From the NCBI GenBank assembly GCA_038874215.1, contig JAVZCV010000002.1, forward strand, positions 1 through 64,000: 64,000 nucleotides of DNA. The letters run 5' to 3'. Source of the stretch: Candidatus Micrarchaeia archaeon. Lineage in GTDB: Archaea > Micrarchaeota > Micrarchaeia > Burarchaeales > JAVZCV01. Of the stretch, positions 29,388 through 38,718 are shown piece by piece. Position 1 is the first letter of the stretch. The number at the start of each line of letters is the position of its first letter. The position numbers were made by a program, and so were the translations under genes. Below the pieces are notes generated by a model. It was not told the origin of the DNA. It saw nothing but the letters and a program-made list of their open reading frames with translations, and ran no database searches.

Positions 29388-30236
29388 GTGCTCCGCAGCT
29401 TCATAGACAGATACTTCATAGAGCCTTTATGGCAACACGAAGGCTACAACATCTTTAATACTACTGTGTATGCGATAATAGCGCTTGCCTCCGCATACCT
29501 CATTTTCTTACTATTGCAGAAAATGAAAATTCGCATAGACGACGAATTCATCTACTCCATCATACCCTTCATATTTATTGGTTCAACTATCCGTGTTATT
29601 ACTGATAGCATAGATACGGGCGTCGCTAAAGGCGAGATGCTTCTCGGGTTCATGCAGTACATACTTGACTCACACATATACGATTACGGCTACCTAACAG
29701 CTTCGCCAGGCATATATGTTGTTATCGGCTTGCTAACGCTCGTGTGCGTTGTTGTTTTCAAATTATTGGGCAAAGAGAAGTATCTGAAATTCGTGGGAAT
29801 TACCCTTTTCATCCCGCACTTCCTAATCCTCACACCCATGATGAAGAACTTCGCATACGTCGTGCTTATCCTCGTTTTCGCTCTACTCGGGTTTTCAATA
29901 GGCTTTTACATTTTCAAAGGCATAAACCCCGCTTCTCTCGCCGTTTTTTCACATTCTCTTGACGGTGCAGCAACCTTCGTCATACTGGATTTTTTTAACA
30001 GATATGCAGGAGGGAAATACTTTGAGCAGCATGTCATCCCATCGCTAATAGGCTCTGCTTTTGGCACGATGCTACCTTTCTTTCTTATAAAAGTCTTCTT
30101 TTCCACATTCGCCGCATACATAATAATTAACTCTGAAGAGAGCGAAGAAGAGAAAAAATACCTCTTACTTCTACTTGTAATCTTCGGGCTTGCCCCAGGC
30201 ATACGTGATACGATGCGCCTTCTGGTGGGAGCATGA
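29388..30236 (+). CDS. DUF63-family membrane protein
   Basis: GYN..NT..Y, PGIY, H.LD.A.T, YFEQHV, LGLAPG.RD-like motifs. Confidence 0.85.
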   Translation: MLRSFIDRYFIEPLWQHEGYNIFNTTVYAIIALASAYLIFLLLQKMKIRIDDEFIYSIIPFIFIGSTIRVITDSIDTGVAKGEMLLGFMQYILDSHIYDYGYLTASPGIYVVIGLLTLVCVVVFKLLGKEKYLKFVGITLFIPHFLILTPMMKNFAYVVLILVFALLGFSIGFYIFKGINPASLAVFSHSLDGAATFVILDFFNRYAGGKYFEQHVIPSLIGSAFGTMLPFFLIKVFFSTFAAYIIINSEESEEEKKYLLLLLVIFGLAPGIRDTMRLLVGA

Positions 30237-30664
30237 ATACACACCTATGCGCCACAACAAACTATGCTTTCTTTATTTTTGGCTGGGCTCTGGTTGCGGT
30301 TTTTCTCTTCTTTTACACAGGATTCATCAGAAAAATGAAGCCCAACGTGAAAACCTTCGCAATCTCCCTCCTGACGCTCTTCCCGACGGCTTTATCTTTT
30401 GAGCTCGCCTACCCTGGCCTTATGCTCTCCCAGTATAAGGCAGAGTTACCCGACCAAAATCCCGGGGCTGGTTTGGCAGACTTTGCAAACTTCATGATGC
30501 CTCTATCCGTCTATCTTCTGCTTACAGGGCTCCTCTATTTCCTTACACGAAGATACTTCGGAAGCACTGCATTCATTTTTGTTGCAACGTTCATAACCGC
30601 CGTATCCTATATATTTTCATTTGCAATCTTTCCGCCAAAGTGGTATCTATGCTATATCTTATAG
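30233..30664 (+). CDS. Hypothetical membrane protein
   Basis: ATGA overlap; four hydrophobic segments. Confidence 0.6.
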   Translation: MNTHLCATTNYAFFIFGWALVAVFLFFYTGFIRKMKPNVKTFAISLLTLFPTALSFELAYPGLMLSQYKAELPDQNPGAGLADFANFMMPLSVYLLLTGLLYFLTRRYFGSTAFIFVATFITAVSYIFSFAIFPPKWYLCYIL

Positions 30665-31410
30665 GGACGGGCATATGGGATGAGATGGACATGTCCCTAC
30701 GGGCAGTTGAATGCGCAAAGAAGTGCGAGCGCGTTTATGCGGAATTCTACACAACGAAAAACGGGACAGATGCCAAAAAGCTATCAAAATTGATAGGGAA
30801 AGATGTTGTGGAAGTTCAAAGAAAAGACCTTGAGGAAAACTGCGCCAGAATGGTAGAGGAAGCACGCTACAATGATGTTGCAATACTGGTTGGTGGGGAT
30901 TGCTTGGCTGCAACAACCCACTCCGCGCTTATTCTTGAAGCGATAAAGCGCAAAATCCCATACAGCGTTATACATGGTTCATCTGTTTTTACTGCTGTCT
31001 CCGAATGCGGTTTATTTCTTTATAAATTCGGCAACACAACAACGCTCCCATTCTGGAGTGATAGGTACAAGCCAACCTCAACATACGAAACAATAGCAGA
31101 AAACACGAGGCGTGGCCTTCACACCCTTGTTCTCCTTGACATAGGGTCCAGCCCCATGGAAATCGGAACCGCCTTTACAATCTTAATTGATATGGAGAAG
31201 AGAAGCAGCGAGAATATTAACATAGGCGAAAAAAACATCGTTGTACTATCTCGTATTGGAAGCAGCGAGCAGAAGGTTACGTATGGGAAGCTTTGCGATC
31301 TTGCAGAGCACAGGGAGCTCTTGGGCAAACCGCCATTCGTAATAGTTTTCCCAGGCAGGCTCCACTTCATTGAGGAAGAAATGCTTGTCAATTTCAAATT
31401 AAAAAAATAG
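30649..31410 (+). CDS. dph5: Diphthine synthase
   Basis: MLYLIG.G, EFYT, GD...ATTH, LYKFG.T, GLHTL.LLDI. Confidence 0.95.
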   Translation: MLYLIGTGIWDEMDMSLRAVECAKKCERVYAEFYTTKNGTDAKKLSKLIGKDVVEVQRKDLEENCARMVEEARYNDVAILVGGDCLAATTHSALILEAIKRKIPYSVIHGSSVFTAVSECGLFLYKFGNTTTLPFWSDRYKPTSTYETIAENTRRGLHTLVLLDIGSSPMEIGTAFTILIDMEKRSSENINIGEKNIVVLSRIGSSEQKVTYGKLCDLAEHRELLGKPPFVIVFPGRLHFIEEEMLVNFKLKK

Positions 31411-31443
31411 CAAGAATTTTAATCCATGGTGTTATATAGGATT

Positions 31444-31839
31444 ATGTTTAGTTTTACGATATCAACGAAAAGGCAGATTGAGCTGATTGACATAACTGAT
31501 AAGGTGGGCGAAATCGTTGTGAAGAGCGGTGTAAAGGAGGGCGTCTGCCTTGTTTATGTCCCGCATGCAACAGCGGCTATAATAATAAATGAGTTTGAAC
31601 CGAACATAGCACAAGATTATTTGGAGTTCTTTGAAAAATTCGTTCCAAAAGGCCCTTATAAGCACAACATGATTGACGACAATGCCGAGGCGCACATGAA
31701 AAGTGCATTTTTTGGCGCGGGCAAATGCATCCCCGTTTCAGGCGGCAAGATTGCGCTCGGCACATGGCAAAGCATCATCCTATGCGAATTTGACGGCCCA
31801 AGAACGCGAACAGTCCATGTGCAGGTGGCATCATGCTAA
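31444..31839 (+). CDS. yjbQ: YjbQ/UPF0047 family protein
   Basis: PHATAAI.INE, NA.AH.K, LGTWQ.I...EFDGPR. Confidence 0.93.
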   Translation: MFSFTISTKRQIELIDITDKVGEIVVKSGVKEGVCLVYVPHATAAIIINEFEPNIAQDYLEFFEKFVPKGPYKHNMIDDNAEAHMKSAFFGAGKCIPVSGGKIALGTWQSIILCEFDGPRTRTVHVQVASC

Positions 31840-31873
31840 TTTTATTAAATAAATACAGTCGGTGGCTGTTTCA

Positions 31874-32647
31874 ATGAAATATCGCGCATGTGTCATACCA
31901 AACCCGTTTAAAGACTCCGCCGTTGCACTATCAAAGGAGATTGAAAAATTCCTACTGGAATGTGATTGCGTTATCTCTAACATGAAGCAATGCGATTTCG
32001 TGATAACGGTAGGAGGAGATGGAACCGTGCTGTTTGAAAAGAACAGGACAGAAAAACCAATATTCGCAGTCGGAAGCGAAATAAGCTATCTCTGCCAAGC
32101 ATCCGAAAAAAATTGGGAGCAGATACTAAGCGACATAATAAACAAGGGATACATACTGGAAGAGAGGGATATGCTTCTCTCCTCGTTAAATTCCAGAGTT
32201 CTTCCACCCGCCCTGAACGAGGTTACCGTAAGGAACAAGGAACATAGGATACTGCGGCTTGAGCTGAATGTTATGGGATCAATATACACATTTAAGGCAG
32301 ATGGGGTAATATTCGCAACCCCGACTGGCTCAACAGCCTACTCGTACTCATGCGGCGGCCCAGAGCTTGATCCGCATGCAGACAAGTATGTTCTCGCCCC
32401 CATTGCGGCTTACAGGCGTGCCTTCCTACCCCTCATCGTGCCGATCAATGAGAAATCCCTGCTAAAAGTTTCAACAACATGCGAAGCAGACGTAGTTATT
32501 GATGGCCAGATTGTTTTTCCTTTAAGCGAGAACAACTCCATAGAGGTATGGAAAAGCGAGAGAAAGCAGGCATTCATCATACCAAAGACAGAGAAACTGC
32601 TTCGCACGTTCCCTCTCTCAAATTTTATGAGAAAGCATTACGACTAG
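31874..32647 (+). CDS. nadK: NAD(+) kinase
   Basis: GGDGT, ALNE, DGVIFATPTGSTAY..SCGGP. Confidence 0.93.
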   Translation: MKYRACVIPNPFKDSAVALSKEIEKFLLECDCVISNMKQCDFVITVGGDGTVLFEKNRTEKPIFAVGSEISYLCQASEKNWEQILSDIINKGYILEERDMLLSSLNSRVLPPALNEVTVRNKEHRILRLELNVMGSIYTFKADGVIFATPTGSTAYSYSCGGPELDPHADKYVLAPIAAYRRAFLPLIVPINEKSLLKVSTTCEADVVIDGQIVFPLSENNSIEVWKSERKQAFIIPKTEKLLRTFPLSNFMRKHYD

Positions 32648-33442
32648 GCCAAAAAGCCCGTAGGAGAGAAGGTTGTTTAGCAGCATGTGGAGTGCGCTCA
32701 TTAAGTCCAATGGCAATCCCTCAACACAGAAAACAACGGTGTTAATTGCGAATATGAGTGCACCCAGCAAGCATGAGACAAAAACAAATCCATACTGTAT
32801 TTTAACTTTGAAAAGATCGCACGCAAACGGAAGCGCAGAAGCAACTGAAAAACCGAAGAGTGCATTTATCGCTATGAAATGAAAGTTTTCAAAGAGCCAC
32901 GCTGTGCCCTGAAAAGTCGGCAACGTACCGCGAAGTAGCGCCACATAGGTAGGCGAGCTTATCCACGAGATGCCAACAGAGAGGATGGGCAGAGATACCA
33001 AGCCTATAAACGCCTTTCCCCTAAGCTTGCTATCAAAACTTAGGATAAGACCCAAATAAACCACGAAAAAGAAAACAAGGTTATTTAGATAATGCACAAG
33101 TGCTCGGCTTAGTAGTGCAGTTGTTATAATCACATCTTGGGTGGCTATTGGAGACGAGATGGCAGTCAAAGTAAAGAGGGCGGTGGAGTGGATGACTGCG
33201 AAAGAAGCAGCCTCTTCTCGCCTGACCTTTCTCGCGAGAATGTAATACGACCCGATTACCAGAACTGGTTTAAAAACTTCCGCAACTTCCTTAACGTAGC
33301 CTGTCCCAGTTCCGCTGATGACTTCATATCCAAGTAGCGTGGCAATCGCAAAGACAACATATATGAAAGATGTAGCAGCGATAAATGCCCCTATCTGCCC
33401 CCTGTTTATCTCAAACTCCGCCTTCTTAAACCATTTATGCAT
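32618..33442 (-). CDS. Hypothetical multi-pass membrane protein
   Basis: 274-aa hydrophobic ORF co-oriented with neighbours. Confidence 0.6.
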   Translation of the reverse strand: MHKWFKKAEFEINRGQIGAFIAATSFIYVVFAIATLLGYEVISGTGTGYVKEVAEVFKPVLVIGSYYILARKVRREEAASFAVIHSTALFTLTAISSPIATQDVIITTALLSRALVHYLNNLVFFFVVYLGLILSFDSKLRGKAFIGLVSLPILSVGISWISSPTYVALLRGTLPTFQGTAWLFENFHFIAINALFGFSVASALPFACDLFKVKIQYGFVFVSCLLGALIFAINTVVFCVEGLPLDLMSALHMLLNNLLSYGLFGLVVMLSHKI

Positions 33443-33467
33443 GTGCGTATATCGCAGTTCCTAAATT

Positions 33468-34103
33468 TTAATATTTCCCTTCCTCTATCTTAGCGATAAC
33501 CTCCGCAACCTCCTCTATTCTCCTTATGTTCGCATCCCCTTTAACAGCATCGCCCAATATTATCGTAAAAACGCCAGCTGCCCTGCCCGCTTCCAAATCA
33601 ACCCCATTATCCCCAACATAAACAGCACTTTCCTTATCCACGTTAAGGGCTTTGAGCGCCTTTAGTATCGGCTCTGGGTGGGGTTTTATGTTATCGCAGT
33701 CCGCACTCGTTATGACCACGTCAAACTTAATCCCAAAGTGCCTGAGAACAGCCGGCGTGGACCTACCCCTGTTCGTGACAAGGCCCAACCGATACCTCTT
33801 GCCAAGACGCTCAAGCAGTCCAGGAACCCCTCCCCCTATCTTCATATCCCCAATCGTTTCTATTGATATGCGAGATGTTTCCAGGCTCATTTGTCTTATG
33901 AGTCCCTCACTTCTTTTTTCTTTCGGTAGCAACTCCCTTATGATGTTTCTGCTTCCAGATGCCCAAAGCCTTTCTATATCCTTTCTGGGAGGCTTTTCAA
34001 ACCCAAACATCGTGAAAACCTGCTGGAATACCTTAACAACATGCTCCTTGGAATCTACAATTACGCCATCAAGATCAAATAAAATAGCCTTTATCCTTTG
34101 CAC
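33468..34103 (-). CDS. HAD-superfamily phosphatase (Gph-like)
   Basis: FDLDGVIVDS, VTN, KPHPEP, VGD...D motifs. Confidence 0.92.
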   Translation of the reverse strand: MQRIKAILFDLDGVIVDSKEHVVKVFQQVFTMFGFEKPPRKDIERLWASGSRNIIRELLPKEKRSEGLIRQMSLETSRISIETIGDMKIGGGVPGLLERLGKRYRLGLVTNRGRSTPAVLRHFGIKFDVVITSADCDNIKPHPEPILKALKALNVDKESAVYVGDNGVDLEAGRAAGVFTIILGDAVKGDANIRRIEEVAEVIAKIEEGKY

Positions 34104-34110
34104 TCTCTCA

Positions 34111-34662
34111 TCACTCCCTGCCAAAAACACAATACCAAAGACAATGGCACAAGGATAGCAGCACAAGGTATTTTATAAATGTATGCGCTGAAGTCCACCC
34201 CGCGCCGTACCCAACAATCATCCACTGCCAGCCAAGTATATACTCCACCAACGTAAGCAAAAAGCCCACCATCACGACTTCAATAATGCTATGCCCCCAA
34301 TCAAATTTCCTTGGTATGTAGAGAGCCCATGCCACGCTGCAGAAGAAGTAGACAGCCACGAGTTCAGCAGGTATCCCGAAAAACAAAAAAGAGCCTCCAT
34401 AGAGACTCCAAAGCTTCAACCATCGCGCCATCTCCTCCATCGCAAAGAGAATACACGAAACAACAAAACCAAAAACAAGCGCATTCAGGACAATTCTATT
34501 CCTCAGATTTCTATATGCTTCTACGAGAAACCACGTACCCGAGGAAGCGAGCATTGTCGTCCATACCCATCTTTGCGACGGAAAATTCGCAAATGCAAAA
34601 ACTGCGCAGAAACCGGAAAGCACCGCTACGATCCACATAAGATGGTGCCATTTGCCAGCCAT
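34111..34662 (-). CDS. Hypothetical membrane protein
   Basis: 183-aa hydrophobic ORF with W.L..G....GIP.E segment. Confidence 0.6.
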   Translation of the reverse strand: MAGKWHHLMWIVAVLSGFCAVFAFANFPSQRWVWTTMLASSGTWFLVEAYRNLRNRIVLNALVFGFVVSCILFAMEEMARWLKLWSLYGGSFLFFGIPAELVAVYFFCSVAWALYIPRKFDWGHSIIEVVMVGFLLTLVEYILGWQWMIVGYGAGWTSAHTFIKYLVLLSLCHCLWYCVFGRE

Positions 34663-34665
34663 GCT

Positions 34666-35622
34666 CTAACTATCCGCTCTTATATTTAAAATTCTCCCCC
34701 TATCACTTTTTTTATCCCTGCATAAAAGAACAACCCTGCTTGGCTCATATTCCGCAGATACGATATAGCCACACACCTCTGCAAGTTCTTTGGCGAAAGC
34801 TCTTATCTCGTCATGTGTTGGCATATTGTTGAGGCTGAGCCCCCTACGCGGGTCCCGAGCCCCGCCAACATACACGAAGCTCTTAACCTCAACATATTCT
34901 GGCAGTGCTTTCTCAATGAGCTTTGCGTAACCTGCGGCATCAAGCATGTTATGCCCTTTTACAAGCGTCATTCTCAGAACGCGGCGCGTTGGCATGCTGT
35001 TTAAAATCTCCAAAGTTTCGTTGAAATTCACCCATGCTCTCTGGTACTTAGGGGCGCAAATACGGCGATACACCTCCTCGTTTGGTGCGTTGAGGGAAAC
35101 ATAAAACTGGGTAGGCAGCCTTTCAAGTTCTGCAATTTGTTTGGGAAGCGTTCCGTTCGTAACCAAAAATGTTGTCATCCCCCTCCTCCAGAACTCCTCA
35201 ATCAATTCAGACATATGTGGGTAAAACATTACCTCCCCAGTAAGGCTTATTGCGGCATGCTTCGGGTTTTTAGCTTCCTCCCACATCCCTTTGCTAACCC
35301 TCTTATTCCCCCCATAACCCGATACTATCCTAAGATGTTCTGCAATAATCCATTCAACAACATCAGCAGCTTCATCCCATTTAGCAGGGAGGTTCTCTTT
35401 TTCATCGGGCATAATCCGCCAGCAGAATATGCAACCCATGTTGCAGTATGTTGCAACAGGGGTGCACTGGATACATCGGTGGCTTTCTATCCCGTAAAAA
35501 GCATTCTTGTAGCACTTTTTCCCTTTGACAAGGGCATCGTGGAGCCATTTGCATCCCTTTACTGCGCTATGCCCGCCTGCGAAATGGTACTCTTGGTTTT
35601 TCATCCTCTCCATCAAACCCAT
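34666..35622 (-). CDS. taw1: 4-demethylwyosine synthase Taw1/TYW1 (radical SAM)
   Basis: HSAVK.C.W, CYK..FYGI.SHRC, CNMGCIFCWR, AISLTGE, VEVK. Confidence 0.95.
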   Translation of the reverse strand: MGLMERMKNQEYHFAGGHSAVKGCKWLHDALVKGKKCYKNAFYGIESHRCIQCTPVATYCNMGCIFCWRIMPDEKENLPAKWDEAADVVEWIIAEHLRIVSGYGGNKRVSKGMWEEAKNPKHAAISLTGEVMFYPHMSELIEEFWRRGMTTFLVTNGTLPKQIAELERLPTQFYVSLNAPNEEVYRRICAPKYQRAWVNFNETLEILNSMPTRRVLRMTLVKGHNMLDAAGYAKLIEKALPEYVEVKSFVYVGGARDPRRGLSLNNMPTHDEIRAFAKELAEVCGYIVSAEYEPSRVVLLCRDKKSDRGRILNIRADS

Positions 35623-35655
35623 GCGTTTTTTATTTTTCACATCATATTTATAGGC

Positions 35656-36813
35656 ATGGCGGTCCAGCTTGAGGTTCATGGGAAAAAAATAATCGTGCGC
35701 GATCCCGCTTCTGTCTCTTCACTTCAAAAGGGTTTCTATGGTGTGATGCACAAAGGCGTAATCACCCTCTTCCCCGAGGAAGCCCTTTATCTCATAGATA
35801 TAAGGAATGCAAAATGCTACGATAAAAATGGGAACGCGCTAAAATTCAACGATGTTGCCCAAATTTTCAAAAAGAAGAAACTACTCGCCCGCTACTTCAC
35901 CTATAAAGATTGGCGCGACAGAGGGCTCATAGTTCGTCCTGTTGAAGAGGCTACGGGTAACTACGGGAGGAATCCTGTCAAAAAATATCCCATGCGCGAG
36001 TTTGAACCTCCAAAATACTCTGTTGATGGGGTCTTCTTCCCAGATGATCTTTTTACAATAATAGATGACGAAGTTGTCGGCAGAGAGCTGTATGAGAACT
36101 ACTGGCTTGGCCAGTTTGCCTCATACAAAGCAGAACAAAGGGGCAGAGTAGCGAAACTTGACGCCTACGAGACTCTTTTCATGCTGAGGCACTGCAACCT
36201 CTCCCTCCATAACTCTGATGAGGAGAAGGTTATCAAGAACGCTACAAAAAGAAGAAGCGATTTCATGCTGATGTACGAGGTTTATGAGGATTGGAGGCTT
36301 CGTGGCTATATACTAAAAACTGGTTTCAAGTTTGGCACGCACTTCAGGCTCTATATGCCAGGCGCATCACCAGTTAAAAAAGGCGACGAATGGATACACA
36401 GCAAGCATGTAATCCACATATTCCCGCGTTCCAAAAAAATGATAATCTCTGAATGGGCGAGAGCAATACGGGTTGCACACAGCGTAAAGAAGACTTTTAT
36501 ACTTGCGATACCAGGCGCGAAGAAGAAGCACAGTTTGAAGAAACCCGATTTTCTTCTTTATCATCGCCACAAAACAGGCATAGAGACCCCAGATACAGGA
36601 AAGCCGAAGTTTCTCATGCTATCCCTAAGCGAAGAGGAGTACATAGGGGGTGAAGAACTCGCAGATGCTATAGAAATCGCAAAGAGCTTTGGGCTTGACC
36701 TAATGCTCGCAATAGCGGATAGGGAAAGCTCTGTTACTTACTATCGTGTAAGAAGGATAGAGTTGCAGGGCAGCAAATACGAATATTACGAGATAGAATG
36801 GGAGCAACCATAA
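35656..36813 (+). CDS. endA: tRNA-intron splicing endonuclease, three-unit (epsilon2, ARMAN-type) architecture
   Basis: 385 aa from ATG 35656; two YxDWRxRG units, KTGFKFGTHFRLY, H248, AHSVKK, C-terminal DRESSVTYY. Confidence 0.92.
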   Translation: MAVQLEVHGKKIIVRDPASVSSLQKGFYGVMHKGVITLFPEEALYLIDIRNAKCYDKNGNALKFNDVAQIFKKKKLLARYFTYKDWRDRGLIVRPVEEATGNYGRNPVKKYPMREFEPPKYSVDGVFFPDDLFTIIDDEVVGRELYENYWLGQFASYKAEQRGRVAKLDAYETLFMLRHCNLSLHNSDEEKVIKNATKRRSDFMLMYEVYEDWRLRGYILKTGFKFGTHFRLYMPGASPVKKGDEWIHSKHVIHIFPRSKKMIISEWARAIRVAHSVKKTFILAIPGAKKKHSLKKPDFLLYHRHKTGIETPDTGKPKFLMLSLSEEEYIGGEELADAIEIAKSFGLDLMLAIADRESSVTYYRVRRIELQGSKYEYYEIEWEQP

Positions 36814-36867
36814 TCTGCGAAAGGTATTTAAACACCATATAGCCAATTTAGATAAAAGGTGGTGCTA

Positions 36868-37122
36868 ATGTCAAAATACATGATTGCAAAGCAGGTTGCA
36901 GGCAAGCGCTTAATAACAAATGATGGTGAAGAGTTGGGAAGGCTAGTGGATATAAACGTAAACGAAGTGACTGGAAAGATTGAATCCCTCGTAATTGAGC
37001 CAAACCTTGACAATAAAACAGCAAGAAAAATGGGGAAGCAGGATGGCATGATAGTTCTTCCTTACAAATCCGTTTTGGCTATTTCTGATCACATAATCGT
37101 CCAGAAGAAGGACCTGCTCTGA
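36868..37122 (+). CDS. PRC-barrel domain protein (CdpB-like)
   Basis: GK.LITNDG..LG.L.D....TGKI, LPY.SV.AI.D.IIV. Confidence 0.85.
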   Translation: MSKYMIAKQVAGKRLITNDGEELGRLVDINVNEVTGKIESLVIEPNLDNKTARKMGKQDGMIVLPYKSVLAISDHIIVQKKDLL

Positions 37123-37176
37123 TTTCCCCCTTTTATTTATAATTTATATTTTGTTACTGGAAAGAAGTTATAAGCG

Positions 37177-37833
37177 GTGGTAGGTCTGTCAGCAAAATTG
37201 ATAGCTGGCGTGGATGAGGCGGGAAGGGGTGCAGTCATCGGCCCGCTCGTTATATGCGTCGCAGCAATAGACAAGGGAAAAGAGAACAGTCTCAGAGGGC
37301 TTGGCGTAAAAGATTCAAAAATGCTCGGAAAGGAAAGGCGTTCTGTTCTATACGAACAGATACTCAAAATTTGTAGGGTTCGGGTGATAAAAATCAGCGC
37401 AAAGGAGCTCAACCTTCTTATGGAGAAACACACGCTCAACGAAATAGAGGCAATGGCATGCGCACCAGCAATCGCTTCATTCAATCCAGATATAGCATAT
37501 GTTGATTCGCCCGACCCGCAACCAAAAAAATTTGAGTTAAGGTTAAAGAAGTTCGGCGTATCATGCAACCTTGTCTGTGAAAATGGCGCCGACGCAAAAT
37601 ACCCTATCGTTTCTGCCGCCTCAATAGTGGCGAAGGTTGAGAGAGATGCTGAAATAGACCAAATAAAGAAAATCCTTGGCTTTGATTTCAACAGCGGCTA
37701 TCCTTCCGATGAAAAAACGCGCAAGTTCTTGGAAAACAAAAAAATTGAGGGAAAACTGCTTGACTATGTTCGCCTAAAATGGAGGACTCTCAAAAAAATT
37801 CGGCAGAAAAAAATAAGCGATTTCTTTTCATGA
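37177..37833 (+). CDS. rnhB: Ribonuclease HII
   Basis: GVDEAGRG.VIGP, DSK, VSAASIVAK, SGYPSD; PIP box QKKISDFF. Confidence 0.97.
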   Translation: MVGLSAKLIAGVDEAGRGAVIGPLVICVAAIDKGKENSLRGLGVKDSKMLGKERRSVLYEQILKICRVRVIKISAKELNLLMEKHTLNEIEAMACAPAIASFNPDIAYVDSPDPQPKKFELRLKKFGVSCNLVCENGADAKYPIVSAASIVAKVERDAEIDQIKKILGFDFNSGYPSDEKTRKFLENKKIEGKLLDYVRLKWRTLKKIRQKKISDFFS

Positions 37834-38718
37834 GCCCATTATGAAAATGAGGACAGCCGGGATTGTCAAGAGGCTCAAAAGCGTTGAAACGAAAACTATG
37901 GACGCAACGAGCTCTTCCCTTCTTCTGTACTTTGCCGCAAGCAGGAAATTGGTGACAGCAGACGGCATCGCAGACTGCAGTACGAGGACACCCATATAAA
38001 TTCCACTGATTCCTGCGAAACTGCAAAGCACGAATGCAACAACAGGCCCGATTATAAGCCTAACAAAAGCGTTGAGGCAGGGCAGTTTTATCTTCCTCGC
38101 ATCTGGCTTTATCCTTGAAAGCTGAACTCCAAGCATGATTAGCTGTACGGGCAATGCGGATTTGCCCAGCAGTTCAACCACCCCGAAAATCGGGGCGGGC
38201 AGCTTTATCGACAGCGCAGAGAGCGCAATACCAGCAGCCACAAAATACACCAAAGGAAGTTTCAGGAACTCAAGCATCCTGCTTCCGCTTGCTATATAAA
38301 CGCCAGCAGTGTACATTATTATTGTATTTACAACCATGTAGTAAGCACCAAGCGAAAGACCCTCATTCCCAAAAGCGAAAAGACAGAAGGACAGGCCCAT
38401 GTTACCCGTGTTTATAAGCATTGATGTCATCAGCACAATCCTTGCGTCTTCATCACTGAATCCGAAAAGACGCGTCCCCAAGAATCCTATAACCCCCGAG
38501 ATTATCATAACTGCGAGAGAAACAACCACAAAACCAACGAGTTCTGGCCCGAGCTGCCCTATGCCAAGCGAATATAACATGAGAAAAGGCGACAGTACAT
38601 AAATGGTCATGTCTGCGAGCGAGCCAACATCTATTTTCCTGTATTTGCCGAGGCAGTATCCAAGCCCCATTATGAAGAATGCTGGGAAAGATACACCCAA
38701 TACCCTTACTATGTCCAT
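37828..38718 (-). CDS. AEC (auxin efflux carrier) family transporter
   Basis: NTGNMGL, P..L..LG, RLI.GP, AMPSAV; about 10 TM. Confidence 0.9.
   Translation of the reverse strand: MDIVRVLGVSFPAFFIMGLGYCLGKYRKIDVGSLADMTIYVLSPFLMLYSLGIGQLGPELVGFVVVSLAVMIISGVIGFLGTRLFGFSDEDARIVLMTSMLINTGNMGLSFCLFAFGNEGLSLGAYYMVVNTIIMYTAGVYIASGSRMLEFLKLPLVYFVAAGIALSALSIKLPAPIFGVVELLGKSALPVQLIMLGVQLSRIKPDARKIKLPCLNAFVRLIIGPVVAFVLCSFAGISGIYMGVLVLQSAMPSAVTNFLLAAKYRRREELVASIVFVSTLLSLLTIPAVLIFIMGS

Noticed and set aside
35137-35655. 173-aa N-terminal extension of EndA in the ORF track
   Set aside because: It is antisense to taw1; EndA-like sequence begins at ATG 35656
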